Shown here: one piece after another, positions 58,323 through 64,000 of the stretch | Layout of the letters: every line of letters begins with the position of its first letter | Position numbering within the stretch: the first letter of the stretch is position 1 | Assembly: GCA_048938385.1 (NCBI GenBank) | Contig: JBHLMG010000006.1 | Span: 32,001 to 96,000 of the forward strand | Origin: Promethearchaeota archaeon | GTDB taxonomy: Archaea > Asgardarchaeota > Hermodarchaeia > Hermodarchaeales > Hermodarchaeaceae | Direction of reading: 5' to 3' | Length of the DNA: 64,000 nt | Position numbers and translations under genes: made by a program | Notes under the pieces: model-generated | What the model saw: only the letters and a program-made list of their open reading frames with translations | Told to the model about the DNA's origin: nothing | Database searches by the model: none

Positions 58323-58362
58323 CAATGTATAAATAATACTACTCGCCTTAACTCCCCATTCG

Positions 58363-58941
58363 GTGATTAAAATCACTGAAAAAGAGTCATATCGTCGACC
58401 ACTATTAACATCTCGACAGGTTGCCATGATCGCTGCTTTTGGTGGCCTTGGATTTGCCTGGCGCGCACTCGGATTAGTAATCCCATTATATCCACCTTAT
58501 GTCCTTGACATTCGAGAGAGCATCAATGTTATAGCTGCCTTCGCAGGCGGACCTTGGGTTGCCGTTGGTGTCGGCATACTGATTGGTCTACCTTCGTCAG
58601 TACCATTTTGCGATGTGATATACTATCCACTAATCGGAATTCTTCTCTCAATATTCAGTAAACACATTTTTGCTAAGCGAGACGTAGTTTATGGAGTCTA
58701 CTCACTTGTAATCATCGCAGTCGTCATAGCAATTGCAGAAGCAATAGCACTAACAATATTCAACTTCGAACTAGCTCTCGTAGGACTTGTTTCCTTCGAA
58801 GCTGAAATGTGGGCATCGTTCGTCGGTGGCACATATCTAATCTATGTCTTGCAATCGATTATCCCACTCTGGATCATACTAAAGCTCTTCCCAGACTTCA
58901 TGCGCCCAGTTTGGCTCTGGACGGGTGGCGAGGAGGAATAG
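58363..58941 (+). CDS. ECF S-component-like membrane protein
   Basis: LTSRQVAMIAAFGGL, P.YP...LD, AAF.GGP motifs; about 6 TM segments; divergent from the ECF A/T genes. Confidence 0.7.
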   Translation: MIKITEKESYRRPLLTSRQVAMIAAFGGLGFAWRALGLVIPLYPPYVLDIRESINVIAAFAGGPWVAVGVGILIGLPSSVPFCDVIYYPLIGILLSIFSKHIFAKRDVVYGVYSLVIIAVVIAIAEAIALTIFNFELALVGLVSFEAEMWASFVGGTYLIYVLQSIIPLWIILKLFPDFMRPVWLWTGGEEE

Positions 58942-58944
58942 GCA

Positions 58945-59217
58945 ATGAGCGAATTCTTCAGAAAGAATTGGTGGGCGTGGTGCCTTATCCTCGTCATTGT
59001 CATCGTCATCCTGGCCATTTTAAGAATCATGGGAGGAAGCACATGGGCTGAATGGTGGGGTCTACAGCTCTTCAACTTAGGAGTGTTCTGGGGTCAACGC
59101 CCCTTACACTACGAAACCGTTGGACCGTTGATTTCCTTCGGATCCATGATTGCCCTAGTCATCATCCTCATCATCATAATCTACTTCCTACGACGTACAT
59201 TCTTCAAGAAGGGATAA
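58945..59217 (+). CDS. small 2-TM membrane protein
   Basis: Two hydrophobic segments, GAGG RBS, 3 bp after the S-component gene. Confidence 0.65.
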   Translation: MSEFFRKNWWAWCLILVIVIVILAILRIMGGSTWAEWWGLQLFNLGVFWGQRPLHYETVGPLISFGSMIALVIILIIIIYFLRRTFFKKG

Positions 59218-59257
59218 ACAAAACATTGCACTGTTCCCTGAGTTTATCCCCTCCCCT

Positions 59258-59266
59258 TTCTTTTTT
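59258..59266 (+). terminator. oligo-T terminator
   Basis: TTCTTTTTT about 40 nt after the stop at 59217. Confidence 0.35.
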
Positions 59267-59382
59267 AATTTAAATTCAAACCAATGTTGTTTCTCTGAGT
59301 TCGGGCTACCTCTAACTTTTTTGAGGAGCAATAAAATTAATGTAGTAAAAATCAGCCCGTTTCATTCGAAGGATGTGAGTTC

Positions 59383-60600
59383 TTGAACTTAAAAAGTATT
59401 GACTGGGAGCTTGAGTTGCTAAGAAAGTTAGTCGATTTGGATACTACCAATACTGGTACAACACGAAGTAACTATTCTGAATGTTCTTCCCTTATTAAAA
59501 GTGAAGCAGAGATGCTTGGACTCAAAACGCAAATTATTGATGGAAAGAGTGCAACAGACGATGGCGAGTCGCGCCCCAACGTGATAGTCGATTTCGACAC
59601 AGGTTCTGATGTTACAATTCTGTTTGTATGCCACTATGATGTCGTTCCTGTCGAACGCGAAAAATGGAGTACTGATCCTTTCAGCCTCACAATAAAAGGG
59701 GATAAGGCCTTTGGACGTGGCGCCGCTGATGACAAATCAGGAATTGCCATCGTTTTAGGTGCAATGAAAAAGTTGCTGGATAAAAAGGTCAACATCAATT
59801 TACGGCTTTGTGCAGCTTGTGATGAAGAAACTGGTGGACCAGGAGGTATCAGTTACTTGTTCAACCAAGCTAAAATCAGAGGGAACGCAGGTATTGTCGT
59901 TGATGCGGGTCCTCAATACATAGGTATTGGAGCCAGTGGCTCTATCTGGGGAAAAGTCATCGTGAAAGGAAAGGGAGGACACAGTGGGAATCCTGATATC
60001 CTCGATAACCCGATCTATAAGGCAAGCCGCCTCATCCAGTCACTTGAAAGCTATCACGAAACGATCAAAGAAGGCGTCACCAGCAAACTTAGAGGAACAC
60101 CCGCAGCAGTAAAACCTCACCTTTATGGACGCTTGTCTGTGAGCATGGTTAAAGCATGGCAAAAGGAAAACGTTATCCCTGATGATTGTGAGTTTCGGTT
60201 CGATCGTAGACTCATCCCTGAAGAAGACCCCGATGAAGCTGCAAAGACTGTCAAAGCGTTCATAGAAAATACAGCACAACAACAAGGCACTGAAGTCGCG
60301 ATGGAAATTATCAATAAGGTACCCGGGTATTATACAAAGCCAGAACACCCATGGGTCCAGCTTTTCCACCAAATCGCGGAAAAAACATTAAGACGCGAAT
60401 TCTATCTTGGTGCAGATTTGGGCTTTGATGATGGAATGTACCTTGCTCAGGTCGACATTCCCGTTATCACCTTTGGTGCGCTCCGCGATGGCACTCGTTA
60501 CCATGGACACAACGAATTCGTCTGGTTAGAAGATCTCCGCGACTGTCGTGATGTGTTCGTAGCTCTAGGCCAGCTCTCAGATGACTACTTCACATTCTAA
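59383..60600 (+). CDS. M20 family peptidase/deacylase (ArgE/DapE-like)
   Basis: CHYDVVP, GRGAADDKSG, DEETGG, GGHS, FDRR, HGHNE. Confidence 0.9.
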   Translation: MNLKSIDWELELLRKLVDLDTTNTGTTRSNYSECSSLIKSEAEMLGLKTQIIDGKSATDDGESRPNVIVDFDTGSDVTILFVCHYDVVPVEREKWSTDPFSLTIKGDKAFGRGAADDKSGIAIVLGAMKKLLDKKVNINLRLCAACDEETGGPGGISYLFNQAKIRGNAGIVVDAGPQYIGIGASGSIWGKVIVKGKGGHSGNPDILDNPIYKASRLIQSLESYHETIKEGVTSKLRGTPAAVKPHLYGRLSVSMVKAWQKENVIPDDCEFRFDRRLIPEEDPDEAAKTVKAFIENTAQQQGTEVAMEIINKVPGYYTKPEHPWVQLFHQIAEKTLRREFYLGADLGFDDGMYLAQVDIPVITFGALRDGTRYHGHNEFVWLEDLRDCRDVFVALGQLSDDYFTF

Positions 60601-60627
60601 GACTAGGCAAGAATGCCTCTGAACAGT

Positions 60628-61092
60628 TTAGTTACTAAACACTCGATGAACAATCAATGCACTACCCATAATCCACCCCAAAATTGCCACGATAATTTCT
60701 CCTAAGAGCAAAACAGATGACCAAGCGTAACTCACGGAGAAGACCAACCAGTGTGCTAAAGCACCAAAAAGGATGGTGCATATCCAACCCCAGAGGATGA
60801 CAAAGAGTAACTGAAATCGCCATGCGCGATGTAGATATTGTTCGCTATCTTCCGTGGTCATAGCCGCCCTCCTTTGATGTAGCAGAAGCATCTGCTCACG
60901 AAACGCTACAATTCCGGGGAAACGCCACAGCCACCAGCTTAACAGAAACAATTCAAAGGACCCATAAGGAATCCCTGAACCTGTGAGAGCAATAGGATTT
61001 GTGAAAAATACAACAAGTAAGAGAACCGCTCCAATGAGGGCATGAAAGATACCTAACACCTTCAAGCCATGACCTGATTTTAATGAAAACAT
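60628..61092 (-). CDS. hypothetical membrane protein (about 4 TM)
   Basis: Hydrophobic ORF with ATG start filling the gap. Confidence 0.55.
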   Translation of the reverse strand: MFSLKSGHGLKVLGIFHALIGAVLLLVVFFTNPIALTGSGIPYGSFELFLLSWWLWRFPGIVAFREQMLLLHQRRAAMTTEDSEQYLHRAWRFQLLFVILWGWICTILFGALAHWLVFSVSYAWSSVLLLGEIIVAILGWIMGSALIVHRVFSN

Positions 61093-61157
61093 TGTATAGC
61101 TATCCCTGTACTTATTTGGTTTTGAATGATCGTTTTATTCAAGGAAAAAAGAGCCAA

Positions 61158-61373
61158 CTATTTTGGTGTACGTCCTCTCCACCAAATAACCACACAAATT
61201 GCTAGAATGATGAGGTATGCTCCTACCCCGGCAATGATTGCATATACGGGTCCTAGGTATGTAAGAGTAATCGCTGAAGCTATAAGGGGAACCACGAAAA
61301 TCAACAAGGCAAAAATGCAAGGCACCATTTCTCTCATCCGATCCCATCTCGGAGAGGGCTTCTGTTTTGGCAT
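61158..61373 (-). CDS. small 2-TM membrane protein
   Basis: Two hydrophobic helices flanked by basic residues. Confidence 0.5.
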   Translation of the reverse strand: MPKQKPSPRWDRMREMVPCIFALLIFVVPLIASAITLTYLGPVYAIIAGVGAYLIILAICVVIWWRGRTPK

Positions 61374-61590
61374 GAGCTAAGTGTGTGTTTTCATATTATA
61401 TTACTAATATCCTCAAACGACGAACTTGCACTGAGCTGTATATCCTAAACAACTACATAGGATTAGTACCTATGAGGTATGATGGAGTAAAACAATTCTG
61501 TGAATAAAATAAGGCAGTGTGGAATTCTTTAAATTAGAAAAACTGAGTGAGGAGAAAGCTTATTCTAATGATGTGAAAGTGGTGGAGGAT

Positions 61591-62628
61591 ATGCCAGTGC
61601 CTTTTCGCGTTATACAAATTGGGTTTGGAACCTTAGGCAAGTGGATTGCCAAGGCGATTATCGAGCGAGAAAACTTGGATCTAGTTGCGGTGGTTGACAT
61701 CGATCCTGCCCTTCAGGGCAAAGAGGTCGAAGAGCTGCTAAAGTTGGATCGAAAAACCTCAACGAAAATCCGTGAAAGTTTATCCAAAACCTTGGATGAG
61801 TTACAGGGAAAACCTCCAGATGTCGCAGTGGTTGCTACTGCTTCACACCTACAGAAGATTAAATCGACCATATCCACCTGTTTGCAACGGGGGATGGATG
61901 TGATTTCCCTTTGCGAAGAGCTTTCTTACCCCTATGTGCGCCACCCCGACTTATCGAAGGAATTGCATGACCTCGCGTTAAGAGAGGATAAAACGCTTCT
62001 TGGGACCGGAATTAATCCTGGGTTTCTCATGGACCTTTTACCTATTCTTCTCACTGCCCCCTGTCAGCGCGTGAATAAAATTCATGTGACTCGGAACATG
62101 AACTCCAGCTCCCGGCGCGATGCCTTTCAGAAGAAGGTGGGTACAGGGATGACTGAAGAAGCCTTCAAAGAAGCCATTGCTACCAAAGCCATCACCGGGC
62201 ATGTTGGCCTCGTTGAATCTATCCAGATGCTCGGCGCTGCCTTAGATTTGCAGTTAGATCATGTAGAGGAATTTCCCCCAGAACCTGTGATTGCTACGGA
62301 AAAAATTGTAACCACCTATACTACTGTCCAGCCCGGACAGGTTCGAGGTCTTAAGAGCCGGGGGGTCGGACAAAAAGGCGGTGATACCATCATTACCCTC
62401 GACTTCAACGCATATGCAGATGCTTCACCAGCCTATGATGAGGTGCGTATTGAAGGATTACCTAATCTCCAACAACGTATCGATGGAGGAATGCCAGGTG
62501 ATGAGGGGACCGTTGGGATGCTTATCAACCTCGTACCCCTTGTGATATCAGCACCTTCAGGCCTGTTAACAATGAAAGATGTTCCTTGCCCACACAATAC
62601 CGAACGCGTATGGAAAAAAACAACCTAA
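61591..62628 (+). CDS. 2,4-diaminopentanoate dehydrogenase (Ord)/DapB-like NAD(P) oxidoreductase
   Basis: Rossmann GFGTLG, CEELSYP, GTGINPGFLMD, KKVG.G, GHVGL.ES, GD.GT. ATG 61591 after GGAGG. Confidence 0.8.
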   Translation: MPVPFRVIQIGFGTLGKWIAKAIIERENLDLVAVVDIDPALQGKEVEELLKLDRKTSTKIRESLSKTLDELQGKPPDVAVVATASHLQKIKSTISTCLQRGMDVISLCEELSYPYVRHPDLSKELHDLALREDKTLLGTGINPGFLMDLLPILLTAPCQRVNKIHVTRNMNSSSRRDAFQKKVGTGMTEEAFKEAIATKAITGHVGLVESIQMLGAALDLQLDHVEEFPPEPVIATEKIVTTYTTVQPGQVRGLKSRGVGQKGGDTIITLDFNAYADASPAYDEVRIEGLPNLQQRIDGGMPGDEGTVGMLINLVPLVISAPSGLLTMKDVPCPHNTERVWKKTT

Positions 62629-62667
62629 CCTAAGAGGCGCAATCAAAAAGCGGGAAGCGAGTATCAA

Positions 62668-63978
62668 ATGTTCGAGCATTATAAAGCAACCACCCGAAAA
62701 TCGAAGGCAAACTGGGATCGGGCCCTCCAATTATTTCCAGGTGGTGTCAGCCACAACATTCGAACCTTCGGTCTCAACAGAGTTCAGATCTACCCTCCCT
62801 TCATGCAACACGGTCAGGGAAGCCACATCTGGGATGTGGATGGTAATGAATACATTGATTACTGGATGACACATTTTTCCCTTATTTTAGGCCACAACCA
62901 TCCCGCCATTCGAAACGCCATCTTAAACGAAATGGAACATGGTGTGCACCTAGGCACGCTAAATGAGCCGCAGATCAATTTTGGCGAAACGCTACAAAAA
63001 GCGATTCCCTACATGAAACTGATGCGCTTCTGTACATCTGGTTCAGACGCCACGATGTATGCAATCCGCCTTTGCCGATTATTTACCGGCAAACGATTAG
63101 TAGGAAAAGTCAAAGGCGGCTGGCATGGAGGGAACGACTCGTTATGTTACCACCTCCATTACCCCTTCAAGGATTCGCCCTTTTTCGATGGCGTTTCTTT
63201 CGAATATAACAGCCGCGAAAGCCTTGATGCCCTCCTCAAAACTCATGGTAAGGAACTAGCAGCCATCATTATTGAACCCGTCCTCGGAGCTGGTGGCGGA
63301 CTAGCGCCTAAGCCTGATTTTCTGCCATATCTCCGAGAAGAAACGGCTAAGCGTGGTATCCTCTTGGTCTTTGACGAGATCATTACAGGATTCCGCCTTT
63401 GTTATGGAACCGCGGGCAGCCAAGTGTACGGCGTTGAGCCAGACCTCATCACTCTCGGTAAAATTGTCGCAGGAGGAATGCCTCTGGGTATTTATGGTGG
63501 TCGAGAAGACATTATGTCGTTAGCAGCGCCAGGAGCGATTGGAGGCAGGTGGGTTGGTGGTGGAACATTTTCTAGCCATCACCTTACCATGATTTCAGGG
63601 AAGGCAACGCTCGACATTCTTAGAACTAAAAAAGGCAAGTATTCTCAACTTAATCAGCAAGGGAACAAATTCCGAACGAAAATAAACGCAATCTTCAACC
63701 AAGAACAAGTCCCTGCAATCGCCACCGGGGAAGGATCTATCGTATTCATCCATCTCCTCAACTCCCCTTTCAACGAGACATATACCACCGCCTCACAAAT
63801 CGGTGAAATCTTTGACAAAGAACACACAGACCTTTTCCAAGCCACCCTCATTGAAGAAGGCATCTTTGGATTTCATGGATTAGGCGCCCTCTCCTTCGCC
63901 CATTCCGACGCAGATCTTCTTCAAACGCAGGAAGTCATTAGTAAGATTGCACCTCGCTTCAAAACCAACTCAACTTAG
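62668..63978 (+). CDS. glutamate-1-semialdehyde aminomutase-like class III aminotransferase
   Basis: FPGGVSHNIR, DVDGNEYIDY, DEIITGFR, LGKIVAGG, GGTF. Several HemL motifs are altered (SGSDAT, FSSH). Confidence 0.8.
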   Translation: MFEHYKATTRKSKANWDRALQLFPGGVSHNIRTFGLNRVQIYPPFMQHGQGSHIWDVDGNEYIDYWMTHFSLILGHNHPAIRNAILNEMEHGVHLGTLNEPQINFGETLQKAIPYMKLMRFCTSGSDATMYAIRLCRLFTGKRLVGKVKGGWHGGNDSLCYHLHYPFKDSPFFDGVSFEYNSRESLDALLKTHGKELAAIIIEPVLGAGGGLAPKPDFLPYLREETAKRGILLVFDEIITGFRLCYGTAGSQVYGVEPDLITLGKIVAGGMPLGIYGGREDIMSLAAPGAIGGRWVGGGTFSSHHLTMISGKATLDILRTKKGKYSQLNQQGNKFRTKINAIFNQEQVPAIATGEGSIVFIHLLNSPFNETYTTASQIGEIFDKEHTDLFQATLIEEGIFGFHGLGALSFAHSDADLLQTQEVISKIAPRFKTNST

Positions 63979-64000
63979 AAACTAAATTGCAATCAGATGC

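Noticed and set aside
62668-63978. hemL assignment
   Set aside because: Key motifs diverge (SGSDAT, FSSH) and there are no tetrapyrrole genes nearby.
1-64000. CRISPR arrays, IS/transposases, integrases, prophage, rRNA, or an att site at tRNA-Arg
   Set aside because: No regularly spaced repeats, recombinase or transposase ORFs, rRNA-like tracts or tRNA 3'-end duplication were seen by eye.

Overview
Gene-dense archaeal chromosomal segment. Evidence for an archaeal origin: TATA/BRE promoters, GGTGA/GGAGG ribosome-binding sites, frequent GTG/TTG starts, bifunctional FBP aldolase/phosphatase, type-2 MetAP, archaeal-type SHMT and ArgRS. A eukaryote-length RPB5, very large FtsX-like permeases and coiled-coil/winged-helix proteins suggest an Asgard or related lineage (inference only). 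Content is about 52 CDS, one tRNA-Arg(TCG) head-to-head with argS, one frameshifted LLM oxidoreductase and a candidate small ncRNA. No rRNA, CRISPR array or mobile element was seen. Metabolism points to peptide and amino-acid fermentation. The best candidate for an undescribed system is a three-gene operon at 23.7-28.8 kb: a 909-aa helical-repeat rod protein, a divergent tubulin/CetZ/FtsZ-superfamily GTPase and a 336-aa helical protein. Other highlights are a stand-alone two-domain eukaryote-like RPB5, a P2-type ATPase whose ion site is rewired (PINIP instead of PEGLP), and a CoA-transferase-fold pair lacking the catalytic Glu (AibA/AibB-like). All family calls come from motif recognition by eye and remembered reference motifs; no database search was run.
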